A DNA stretch of 30,358 nucleotides from Pedosphaera sp. (GTDB lineage Bacteria > Verrucomicrobiota > Verrucomicrobiia > Limisphaerales > SIBH01): positions 1-30,358 of the forward strand of contig JANOQV010000039.1 in NCBI GenBank assembly GCA_031414955.1. The letters run 5' to 3'. The notes beneath the pieces were generated by a model. That model was not told the DNA's origin and searched no databases. It saw only the letters and a list, made by a program, of their open reading frames with translations. The position numbers were made by a program, and so were the translations under genes. Shown piece by piece: positions 18,529 to 26,718 of this stretch. The number at the start of each line of letters is the position of its first letter. Within the stretch, counting starts at the first letter, position 1.

Positions 18529-19247
18529 GGTGTTTTCTTTCGTTGTGGTCTGGTCAGTTTTGGTTTTCCGCCGCCGCTGGTTGTGGGCAGCAAATCTGCG
18601 AAATGAAAGGGGCCGCGTGACACGATCTCGCCCACGCAGCAGGCCACGGGCTGCCGAAAAATCGGCCCGGCGTGGACGAAGGTGTGGAACTCGCCGTTCT
18701 CGCCGCACGGGTCAACGTGCGCGGGCAGGCTGGCCAGCAGGCCCTCGTCGTAGGTGCGACCGGCGAACGAGGCGGCGAGCTTCCGCCCATGCACGCACAC
18801 GAGCGTGGCGCGGAAACCGGCGCGGATGAATTCGCGGGCCAGTTGGGTCGTGTCGAGTCCCCACAAGGGGTAGAGCGCGGTCATGCCGACCTCGGCGAGC
18901 ATCCGGTCGCGATAGGCGCGGATGTCCGCAAGGAACAAATCGCCGAAGGCCACTTTGGTGATGCCCGCCGCCTTGAATTCGAGGCAGGCCGCGCGCATGA
19001 GCCGTTCGTAATCTTCGTTGGCGCACTGCTGCGGGATGAACACTTTCCGACAGGGAATCCCGAGCGCCTCGGCCTGACGGTTCAGCAACGAACAGCGCAC
19101 GCCGTGCATGCTCACGCGGCGAAATCCCTCGGTGCAAGTGGTCAGCAGCGCCGTCACCTCGTGCCGGCCCTCGGCGAGAATTTTACGGAGCGTCAGCGAC
19201 GAGTCCTTGCCGCCGCTCCACCCCAGAACGATGCGTTCGCGGGCCAT
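18525..19247 (-). CDS. PP-loop ATP pyrophosphatase, Dph6/MJ0570 (diphthine-ammonia ligase-like) family
   Basis: WSGGKDS, RVSMHGVR, FGDLFL.DIR.YR and DPCGENGEFHTFV. Confidence 0.9.
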   Translation of the reverse strand: MARERIVLGWSGGKDSSLTLRKILAEGRHEVTALLTTCTEGFRRVSMHGVRCSLLNRQAEALGIPCRKVFIPQQCANEDYERLMRAACLEFKAAGITKVAFGDLFLADIRAYRDRMLAEVGMTALYPLWGLDTTQLAREFIRAGFRATLVCVHGRKLAASFAGRTYDEGLLASLPAHVDPCGENGEFHTFVHAGPIFRQPVACCVGEIVSRGPFHFADLLPTTSGGGKPKLTRPQRKKTP

Positions 19248-19248
19248 G

Positions 19249-20310
19249 TCAGTCGGCGCGTGAAGCGTTGATGCGGTAGAAGCGCGCGTTGAAAGCGGCA
19301 GCGTTGGTGTCTTGCAACACTACCTGGCCGCCCGTGCCCGCGCGCGTGCTACTGGCTTCACTCCATGAGTGAAAATTTGTCGTGGCTTGCAGGACGTAGT
19401 TCCAATTCGTGCGGCTGAGGAATGTCTGCTGCCAGTGATCGCCCACTGCGGCGAATTGCTCGTGCTGGATGGGCGGCGGCGGGAAGGTGACGGTGAGGTT
19501 GTCAATCACGCCGTGCGCCAGGATGGAACCGGCATACGGACCCGGTGCCAGGCCGAGGTCGCTGTAGCTGCTGATGGCGAAGGTATCCACCTTGAACTGA
19601 GTGAACGGCCTGCCGAAGCCGGAGCTGTTCGTCGCGAGGCGCGCGGAAGTCACCGGGCCGACGAGCACGCCGTTGGTCTTGATGGAAGTCAGGACCGTTT
19701 GATTACTCGACGTGTAGGCCAGGACAATGCGCATCGTGACCCCCGTGGGCAGGTCAAACAGGCTGAAGTCGCCGCTGCCGTTGTAGTTCATTCCGGAGTT
19801 GGTGGAATAAACGGCGGGCCAGACGGTCGGGCCGAAACCGGTATCCGGGAAGAAATTGAACTCGACCAGGTTCGGCGAGTTCCGGCCCGTGCCGCGATTG
19901 AATGTGGTTGATTGGGCGTCGTCGCGATTTTGGAAACCGAAGGCCAGTTGCATCGGGCCGGGCTTGCCCGGATTGATTCCGCCAACGATGTCGTGGAGCC
20001 GAAGGTCCAGCTCGGCGCGGAAGTCGTCGTTCCGGGCCATGATCGTGCCCAGCGGCAAATGCAGATAGCTGTTGCTGCGCGAGGAATCCCAGGTGACTTC
20101 GAGATTCTGATTCGTGGAGTTCCAGCGTAACAAGCCCGCGTCGCCGAAGAGCTTCCAACCTTGAGCCAGCGGGTGGCTGGAAAAATTTTGAGTGACCGTC
20201 AGCACGCCGGACCCACTGTCCCCGACGGGGTCAGCGAATTGAGCGAGCGACAGATTGGGAACGAGGATTACGCTGGCCAGAGCCAGCGCCGGCAAACAAT
20301 TTTTCCGCAT
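19249..20310 (-). CDS. Secreted beta-rich hypothetical protein, first gene after the cobalamin riboswitch
   Basis: Signal peptide (LALASVILVPNLSLA-Q), a Ser/Thr/Asn/Gly-rich body, a PPPP linker, and C-terminal YVLQATTNF.SW...DTNA...RFYR. Confidence 0.8.
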   Translation of the reverse strand: MRKNCLPALALASVILVPNLSLAQFADPVGDSGSGVLTVTQNFSSHPLAQGWKLFGDAGLLRWNSTNQNLEVTWDSSRSNSYLHLPLGTIMARNDDFRAELDLRLHDIVGGINPGKPGPMQLAFGFQNRDDAQSTTFNRGTGRNSPNLVEFNFFPDTGFGPTVWPAVYSTNSGMNYNGSGDFSLFDLPTGVTMRIVLAYTSSNQTVLTSIKTNGVLVGPVTSARLATNSSGFGRPFTQFKVDTFAISSYSDLGLAPGPYAGSILAHGVIDNLTVTFPPPPIQHEQFAAVGDHWQQTFLSRTNWNYVLQATTNFHSWSEASSTRAGTGGQVVLQDTNAAAFNARFYRINASRAD

Positions 20311-20387
20311 GGTCTAATGGTCTTTCATCATGTCCTGCCGCAGAACGGCGGGACGGGTTGGCGATTGAGAGACCAGGACGGAATCTG

Positions 20388-20432
20388 AAAACGAAAAAGC
20401 CTTCAGACCCCGACAAACGGAGAATGAAGGCT
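20388..20432 (-). terminator. Intrinsic terminator candidate in the riboswitch leader
   Basis: On the minus strand, agccttca...tgaaggct forms a stem followed by ttttcgtttt, between the aptamer and the ATG at 20310. Confidence 0.65.
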
Positions 20433-20534
20433 AGAAATTCAACGAACCCCGCGAAGACAGTTCGCGGGCTGGCCTCATCCTTCTCTTTGACGGAGAAGTT
20501 GGCTCCGCAAAAGCGGAGCCATGACGAGCGCAAT

Positions 20535-20700
20535 CAAACCGGTATCCTGACTTTGGGCTTCGAACCTCGCTCCCTCCTTCCCAGCGTGTGGCTGGTGGCC
20601 TTGGGAGTTTGTAACCCGTTACAGTGGCGCAACCGTCCCCGATTCTCACGGGGTTCCCTGACATTTGATGGCTAAACTAACAGCGGCCGATGGCCGCGTG
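20535..20700 (-). ncRNA. Cobalamin riboswitch
   Basis: The minus strand reads AGGGAA-ccccGTGAGAATcgggg-ACGGTtgc-GCCACTGTAA...GCCAC...GGGAAGG...AAGTCAGGATACC (B12 box). It lies upstream of a BtuF-like gene. The 5' boundary is approximate. Confidence 0.92.
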
Positions 20701-20772
20701 TTTCAAAGAACTGCCGCTGTGTAGAACCGCGCGGCTCACATAGCAAGTGAGAAGTCCCGGACAGCGATGTCC

Positions 20773-20892
20773 CTTGATGAAGAAGGCAACATCCGGTGCC
20801 TGGTCGAAAAGTTTCTCCAGCAACGAAACGTCCACCGGGGCCGGGGCTTTTGGTTCCGACGCAATGGGGCGCTTCGTTGTGCGTGTTTTCAC
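20773..20892 (-). pseudogene. 5' remnant of a PAS-domain (probably PAS-AraC) transcriptional regulator
   Basis: GTG at 20892 gives VKTRTTKRP...LLEKLFDQAPDVAFFIK, the start of a PAS fold. Similarity stops abruptly after FFIK. Confidence 0.6.
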
Positions 20893-20949
20893 TTCGGAGC
20901 GGGATTTTAATCCAAGACGGCGGAGGAGACGACACGCTAGATTCAACGG

Positions 20950-21204
20950 ATGAAAACCACCCGTCGGCCCGTGGCCACAAAGCGGTTGTCCGCCTCGGCC
21001 CGGTGCTTCGCGCGTTCCATCATCTTCAGCCTGGGCCTCGTCCTCGCGGCCCAGCTTCACGCCAAACCGCTCAAGGTCTTCATCCTCGCCGGACTGTCGA
21101 ACATGCAGGGGCATGCCAAGGTCAGCACCTTCGAGCATATCGGCATGGACCCGTCGACGAAGCCGATGCTGGCGGAAATGCTGGGCGCGGATGGGAAGCC
21201 GTGA
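20950..21204 (+). pseudogene. Truncated paralogue of the SASA-family acetylesterase
   Basis: Signal peptide followed by KPLKVFILAGLSNMQGHAK..., stopping after 84 aa. 21061-21201 matches 22874-23014 at 129/141 nt (hand count). Confidence 0.85.
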
Positions 21205-21208
21205 TGTC

Positions 21209-22762
21209 ATGAACCACGCCCATAAAGTTTACGATGTCATTGTCGTCGGTGGAGGACACAACGGCCTGGTGGCGGCGACGTATCTCGCGAAAGCGGGGAA
21301 AACTGTCCTGCTCCTGGAAGCGCAGGCCGAACTCGGTGGTGCCACCACCAGCGTGAAACCCTTTCCCGAATACGAGGCGCGGCTGTCGAGGTATTCCTAT
21401 TTGGTTTCGCTGCTGCCCGATCAGATCGTGGCGGACTTGGGCGTCAACTTCAAAACCCTCGAACGCTCCGTCGCCTCCTATACGCCTTATCACCGCGATG
21501 GCCGGGATGATGGGTTGCTGGTCGCGGCCGAGTGGGATGAAGCGACCGAGAGCAGCTTCCGGCGGCTCACCGGATCGGACAAGGAAGGCCGTGCCTGGCG
21601 CGAGTTTTACGGGGAGATTGCCGTGCTGGCCAAGCGCCTTGCCCCGAGCATGCTCCAGCCGCTCAAGAGCGCTGCGGAAATCAAATCCGAAATGGGTCTG
21701 CCCGAAGTGTGGCGCAACCTGATGGAGGTACCGATTGGCGAAGTGATTCGCAATCGATTCAGTGACGACCTGGTGAAAGGAGTGGTTCTGACCGACGCGC
21801 TGATCGGAACATTTGTTTCGGCAGATGACATGCAGGCCAACCGTTGTTTCCTCTACCACTTGATTGGCAACGGCACCGGACAGTGGCGTGTGCCGCAGGG
21901 CGGGATGGGTGCCTTGGTCAAGGAGCTGTATCGCATCGCCACGCTTCACGGTGTGGAGATCAAACTCCAATCCAAGGTCGCCGCGCTGGAGAGCGGTCCA
22001 GCGGGCGTCCGCATCGAAACGGAATCCGGCCACACCTATCGCGCCAGAGATCTGCTCTTTGCCGCCGCGCCGCAACATCTGGCTCGCTTGCGCGGGCGCG
22101 CTGTTCCCGAGTCGCTCGAGGGATCACAGTTAAAAATCAACATGCTCCTGTCGCGCCTGCCGCGCCTCAAGTCTGGCGTGGATCCACGACTCGCCTTCGC
22201 CGGGACGTTTCATGTGAATGAAAGCTTCTCCCAACTGGAAACCGCCTACACCCGCGCCCGCGGCGGGGAGAGGCCGCAGCCACTGCCGCTGGAGCTGTAT
22301 TGCCATACCCTGACCGACCCCACGATCCTCTCCGCAGAGTTGAACGCGAAAGGTTTTCAAACGCTCACCCTTTTCGGCCTGCACACGCCCGCGAAACTCT
22401 TCGATGCCGATCCGGAGCGCGCCAAAGCACTGGCCAGGGAGCACGCCATCGCCAGCCTGAATCAATATCTGCTCGATCCCATCGAATCCGTCCTCGCGCC
22501 ATGCAGCGATGGCTCGCTGGCGATTGAAGTGAAATCACCTCTGGACTTGGAGAAGGATATTTCTCTGCCACGCGGAAACATCTTCCACCGCGATCTGGAT
22601 TTCCCCTTCCTTGACGACGCGAGGGGAGATGACCAACAACTCTGGGGTGCTGAAACCGATGACCCGCATATCTATCTCGCCGGCGCGGGAGCCCGTCGCG
22701 GCGGCGGCGTCAGCGGCATCGCCGGACACAACGCCGCGATGGCACTACTGGCGAACGATTAG
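21209..22762 (+). CDS. FAD-dependent oxidoreductase, phytoene desaturase/PYROXD2-like family
   Basis: YDVIVVGGGHNGLVAATYLAKAG, GGMGAL, PRGNIFH and GGGVSGIAGHNAA. ATG at 21209. Confidence 0.9.
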   Translation: MNHAHKVYDVIVVGGGHNGLVAATYLAKAGKTVLLLEAQAELGGATTSVKPFPEYEARLSRYSYLVSLLPDQIVADLGVNFKTLERSVASYTPYHRDGRDDGLLVAAEWDEATESSFRRLTGSDKEGRAWREFYGEIAVLAKRLAPSMLQPLKSAAEIKSEMGLPEVWRNLMEVPIGEVIRNRFSDDLVKGVVLTDALIGTFVSADDMQANRCFLYHLIGNGTGQWRVPQGGMGALVKELYRIATLHGVEIKLQSKVAALESGPAGVRIETESGHTYRARDLLFAAAPQHLARLRGRAVPESLEGSQLKINMLLSRLPRLKSGVDPRLAFAGTFHVNESFSQLETAYTRARGGERPQPLPLELYCHTLTDPTILSAELNAKGFQTLTLFGLHTPAKLFDADPERAKALAREHAIASLNQYLLDPIESVLAPCSDGSLAIEVKSPLDLEKDISLPRGNIFHRDLDFPFLDDARGDDQQLWGAETDDPHIYLAGAGARRGGGVSGIAGHNAAMALLAND

Positions 22763-22771
22763 TCTTATCCC

Positions 22772-24016
22772 ATGAAATACAAATCCATGAACACTCTCCA
22801 CTCAGCCCGACAATTTCTGCTGCTCACCACCACCCTTTTCTCCACGCTGATTTCCTTGAATGCGGCGGTGCCAGCCAAGCCGCTCAAGGTCTTCATCCTC
22901 GCCGGGCAGTCGAACATGCAGGGACACGCCAAGGTCAGCACGTTCGAGCACATCGGCATGGACCCGGCGACGAAGCCGATGCTCATGGAAATGCTCGGCG
23001 CGGATGGGAAGCCGAAGGTCTGCGAGCAGGTGTGGATTTCGTCCATCGGCTGCGGGAAAGACGAGACGACGGAACAGACGGGGAAGCTGACGGCGGGCTT
23101 CGGTGCCTCGACCGAAAAGATCGGCCCGGAGTTTACCTTCGGCATCTACATGGAGAAGTCCACGGACGCGCCAATCCTGATCATCAAGACTTCCTGGGGC
23201 GGGAAGAGTCTGAACACGGATTTCCGCTCTCCGAGCGCGGGGCCGTATGTGTTCAACGAAACGCAGCTCGCGGCATTTCAGAAACAAAACAAGGACGTGG
23301 CGGCGATGAAAGCGGAGAAAGCGAAGGCGACCGGCGTTTATTACCGCCGAATGATTGAGCATGTGAAATTGGTGCTCGCCGACCTCAAGCGCGTGGTGCC
23401 GGATTACGACGCGGCGCAGGGCTACGAGTTGGCGGGCTTCGCGTGGTTCCAAGGCTGGAACGACCTCGTGGACGGCAGCACTTACCCGACGCGCGACAAG
23501 CCCGGCGGCTACGAAGCCTACAGCATGGCGCTGGCGCATTTCATCCGCGATGTGCGGCGCGACCTCGGCGTGCCGAAGCTGCCGTTCGTCATCGGCGTGC
23601 TCGGCGTGGGCGGGCCGGTGGCGGACTACGGCCCCGACGAGCAGCGCTACAAGGCGACGCACCAAAACTTCCGCGACGCGATGGCGGCCCCGGCGCAGTT
23701 GCCGGAGTTCAAAGGCAACGTCGCGACGGTGCTGGCGGAGAAGTATTGGGACCGCGAGCTGAAGGCGGCTCGGGCGAAGGAAGGCGAAATCAAACAGCGC
23801 GCGAAGAAGCTCGCGACCGAAGGCAAACTGAAACCCGCCGAGGAAAAGGCGGCGCTGGAGAAACTGCGCGCGGAAGGGCTGACGGAGCGCGAGCGGCAGG
23901 TGCTGGAGAAAGGCATCTCCAACCTCGAGTTTCACTATCTCGGCTCGGCGAAAATCCTCGGCGGCGTCGGCAAGGGGCTGGCCGAAGCGATGGCGGAACT
24001 CAAAAAGACAAAGTGA
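22772..24016 (+). CDS. Sialate O-acetylesterase (SASA, SGNH-like) family carbohydrate esterase, secreted
   Basis: Signal peptide, FILAGQSNMQG, IGPEFTFG, IIKTSWGGKSL, WFQGWND and a C-terminal EFHY. Start is 22772 or 22787. Confidence 0.88.
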   Translation: MKYKSMNTLHSARQFLLLTTTLFSTLISLNAAVPAKPLKVFILAGQSNMQGHAKVSTFEHIGMDPATKPMLMEMLGADGKPKVCEQVWISSIGCGKDETTEQTGKLTAGFGASTEKIGPEFTFGIYMEKSTDAPILIIKTSWGGKSLNTDFRSPSAGPYVFNETQLAAFQKQNKDVAAMKAEKAKATGVYYRRMIEHVKLVLADLKRVVPDYDAAQGYELAGFAWFQGWNDLVDGSTYPTRDKPGGYEAYSMALAHFIRDVRRDLGVPKLPFVIGVLGVGGPVADYGPDEQRYKATHQNFRDAMAAPAQLPEFKGNVATVLAEKYWDRELKAARAKEGEIKQRAKKLATEGKLKPAEEKAALEKLRAEGLTERERQVLEKGISNLEFHYLGSAKILGGVGKGLAEAMAELKKTK

Positions 24017-24018
24017 TT

Positions 24019-24157
24019 TTGCACCACAGAGGCGGGATGAGCGCAGAGAATTTTGCGGGAACGAAAGTCTTTACACCAATTGCCATGTTCCGCTGTCCAA
24101 GAACAAGTCATCCATCACCCATGAAATCTCTGCGCTCATCCCGGCTCTGCGGTGCAA
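24019..24157. repeat. Intergenic 31-bp inverted repeat pair (CACCGCAGAG-type)
   Basis: ttgcaccacagaggcgggatgagcgcagaga (24019-24049) matches the reverse complement of 24127-24157 with 2 mismatches. Confidence 0.85.
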
Positions 24158-24171
24158 TCCCAATCCCACTA

Positions 24172-26571
24172 ATGAAAACCACACTCCTTTCCCTCGCGCT
24201 CGTCGCCTTCTTCGCAGCGCCGTTTCCGGCTTTGGCCGCTGCCAAGGGCCAGCCGATGACGATTCCTGATTTCACCCAAGGCGACACCATCCCCGCAGGA
24301 GCGAAGCACGACTGGAACCTCGGTGCCATCGGCGCGCGCGGCTGGATGTTTTGCGACAAGATGGTGACGAGCGATGCGCGGCAGGTCGCCATCACCCAAG
24401 TGGAAAAGGGTTCGCCCGCTGATGGCCTCCTCGGGGTCGGTGACGTGATCCTCGGCGCGGGCGGCAAGCCGTTTTCCCATGACCCGCGCACGGAGTTGGG
24501 CCAGGCGCTCACTGCTGCCGAAGCGGACGCGGGCGGCGGAAAGTTGGCGCTCACACGTTGGCGCGCGGGCAAGGCGGAGGAGGTCGTCGTCAAACTCCCA
24601 GTGCTCGGCAGCTACAGCGTCACTGCGCCTTTTGAATGCCCGAAGTCGAAGCGCATTCTGGAGCAAGGGTGCAAGTTGCTCGCCGCCCAAATCGCGGAAC
24701 CGGCTTACGCCAAAAAACAAAACCCCATCACTCGCTCGCTCAACGCCCTCGCCCTGCTGGCCAGCGGCGACCCCGCCTATCTCCCGCTGGTGAAGAAGGA
24801 AGCCCAATGGGCGGCGGACTTCTCCGCAGCGAGTTTTCAGACCTGGTATTACGGCTACGTGATGATGCTGCTTTCCGAGTATGTCATCGCGACGGGCGAT
24901 GCGAGCGTCATGCCCGGCTTGCAGCGGCTCGCGCTGGCCTCCGCTCACGGCCAGAGCGCCGTCGGCTCGTGGGGACACCGTTTCGCGATACCTGACGGAC
25001 GACTCAGTGGCTACGGCATGATGAACTCCCCCGGCGTGCCGCTCACGACCGCGCTGGTGCTGGCCCGCACCGCCGGCGTGAAGGACGCGGCGGTGGACCG
25101 CGCCATCGAGCGCAGCGCCCGCCTGCTGCGCTTCTACATTGGAAAAGGAGCGATCCCGTATGGCGACCACGCCCCGTGGACGGAGACGCATGAAGACAAT
25201 GGCAAGTGCGGCATGACCGCCGTCCTGTTCAACCTGCTCGGTGAAAAGAATGGCGCGGAATTTTTCTCGCGCATGAGCGTCGCCTCCCACGGCCCGGAGC
25301 GCGACACCGGGCATACCGGGAATTTTTTCAACATGCTCTGGGCCATGCCGGGCATCGCGCAGTCCGGCCCCGAGGCCACAGGCGCGTGGATGCAGGAATT
25401 TGGCGGCTGGTACTTCGACCTCGCGCGCCGTTGGGACGGCAGCTTCCTCCACCAAGGCCCGCCGGAAGCGCGCGAAGACAGCTACGCCGGCTGGGACTGC
25501 ACCGGTGCCTACCTGCTCGCCTACGCCATGCCGCTGAAGAAAATTCACCTCACCGGCAAACGCCCCAGCGGCATCCCGCAACTCGACGCCACCGCCACGC
25601 AATCGCTCATCAACGATGGACGAGGCTGGAACAACAAAGACCGCAAGAGCGCCTACGATGCGCTGGGGGAGGAAGAGTTGCTCGCCCGCCTCGGCAGTTG
25701 GTCGCCCACCGTGCGTGAGCGGGCCGCGATGGCCCTCGCCCGTCGCAAAAGCGCGCCCATTCCAGTGCTGCTCAAAATGCTGGATTCGCCCCGCCTCGAA
25801 GACCGCTACGGAGCCTGCCAAGCGCTCGGCTCGCTCAAAGGTGCCGCCGCCGCCGTGCCCGCGCTGCGAAATACATTCCGCCACGAAGACCTCTGGTTGC
25901 GCGTCCAGGCCGCGGAGGCGCTTGCCGCCATCGGCACGCCCGCGATGGTCGCCGTGCCGGAATTGCTGGAGCGCCTCGCCCGCGAACCCTCCGCGCAAGA
26001 CCCGCGTGGGATGGAACAGCGATTCCTTTGCTCCGCGCTCTTCGGCACGCTGCTCAAAAAATCGCTCGACGGCGTGGACCGCGACCTCCTCCGCAAAGCC
26101 GTCGCCGCCGGCCTTCGCAACCAGGACGGCCGCGCGCGCGGCGAGGTCGGCGGCATTTACCAGCGGCTCAGCTACGACGAACTCAAACCCCTCCTGCCCG
26201 CCATCCTCGAAGCCATCGTCACGCCCGCCCCGAGCGGGGAAATGTTTGCCGACGGCATCCGCGTGGAGGGATTGCGGCTTCTCGCCAAACATCGGATCGA
26301 GGAAGGCATCAGCGCGTGTGTGAAATACACCCGCGAGCAGAATCCGTGGGACAGCCAGAAGCGGACACCGGAGTTGATGAAAATCCTGCTCACCTACGGC
26401 GCTCACGCGAAGCCGGTCATTCCCGAGCTGACAAAACTCGCCGACTACTTTGCAAAGGACGAAAAGGACTTCCCAAAAAGCTTGATGCTCGTGAAGGCCA
26501 AGAGCGTCCGCGACACCATCGCCGCCATCGAGGCCTCGACGGAAACGCCGGAACTCGTGCGTCTCAAGTAG
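24172..26571 (+). CDS. Secreted protein with PDZ-like, DUF6288-like helical and HEAT-repeat regions
   Basis: ATG at 24172 with a signal peptide; WNLGAIGARGW...VEKGSPADG.L.VGDVILG (PDZ-like); GAIPYGDHAPW, HTGNFFN.LW and WYFDLARRWDGSF; HEAT-like VRERAAMAL and LRVQAAEALAAIG. Confidence 0.75.
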   Translation: MKTTLLSLALVAFFAAPFPALAAAKGQPMTIPDFTQGDTIPAGAKHDWNLGAIGARGWMFCDKMVTSDARQVAITQVEKGSPADGLLGVGDVILGAGGKPFSHDPRTELGQALTAAEADAGGGKLALTRWRAGKAEEVVVKLPVLGSYSVTAPFECPKSKRILEQGCKLLAAQIAEPAYAKKQNPITRSLNALALLASGDPAYLPLVKKEAQWAADFSAASFQTWYYGYVMMLLSEYVIATGDASVMPGLQRLALASAHGQSAVGSWGHRFAIPDGRLSGYGMMNSPGVPLTTALVLARTAGVKDAAVDRAIERSARLLRFYIGKGAIPYGDHAPWTETHEDNGKCGMTAVLFNLLGEKNGAEFFSRMSVASHGPERDTGHTGNFFNMLWAMPGIAQSGPEATGAWMQEFGGWYFDLARRWDGSFLHQGPPEAREDSYAGWDCTGAYLLAYAMPLKKIHLTGKRPSGIPQLDATATQSLINDGRGWNNKDRKSAYDALGEEELLARLGSWSPTVRERAAMALARRKSAPIPVLLKMLDSPRLEDRYGACQALGSLKGAAAAVPALRNTFRHEDLWLRVQAAEALAAIGTPAMVAVPELLERLAREPSAQDPRGMEQRFLCSALFGTLLKKSLDGVDRDLLRKAVAAGLRNQDGRARGEVGGIYQRLSYDELKPLLPAILEAIVTPAPSGEMFADGIRVEGLRLLAKHRIEEGISACVKYTREQNPWDSQKRTPELMKILLTYGAHAKPVIPELTKLADYFAKDEKDFPKSLMLVKAKSVRDTIAAIEASTETPELVRLK

Positions 26572-26718
26572 TGGCAAAAATATGGGTGGCCAATGTCGTC
26601 CCTGCTCTCGCGTTCCGCACGACCCGCCGGACGGAATTCCCGCCTTTGCAGCCGCCTTCCCCACCGCCATTCTCGCTCCCATGCTGACGCACTAAACCAA
26701 CGCGGGCATCGCCAAGGC

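Noticed and set aside
21209..22762. Carotenoid biosynthesis (crtI)
   Set aside because: No crtB/crtE neighbours; motifs fit the broader PYROXD2-like oxidoreductase group.
23443..24171. N-terminal extension making a 1042-aa ORF (apparent esterase fusion or overlap)
   Set aside because: It is an off-frame read of the esterase gene and the repeat element. A good signal peptide starts at ATG 24172.
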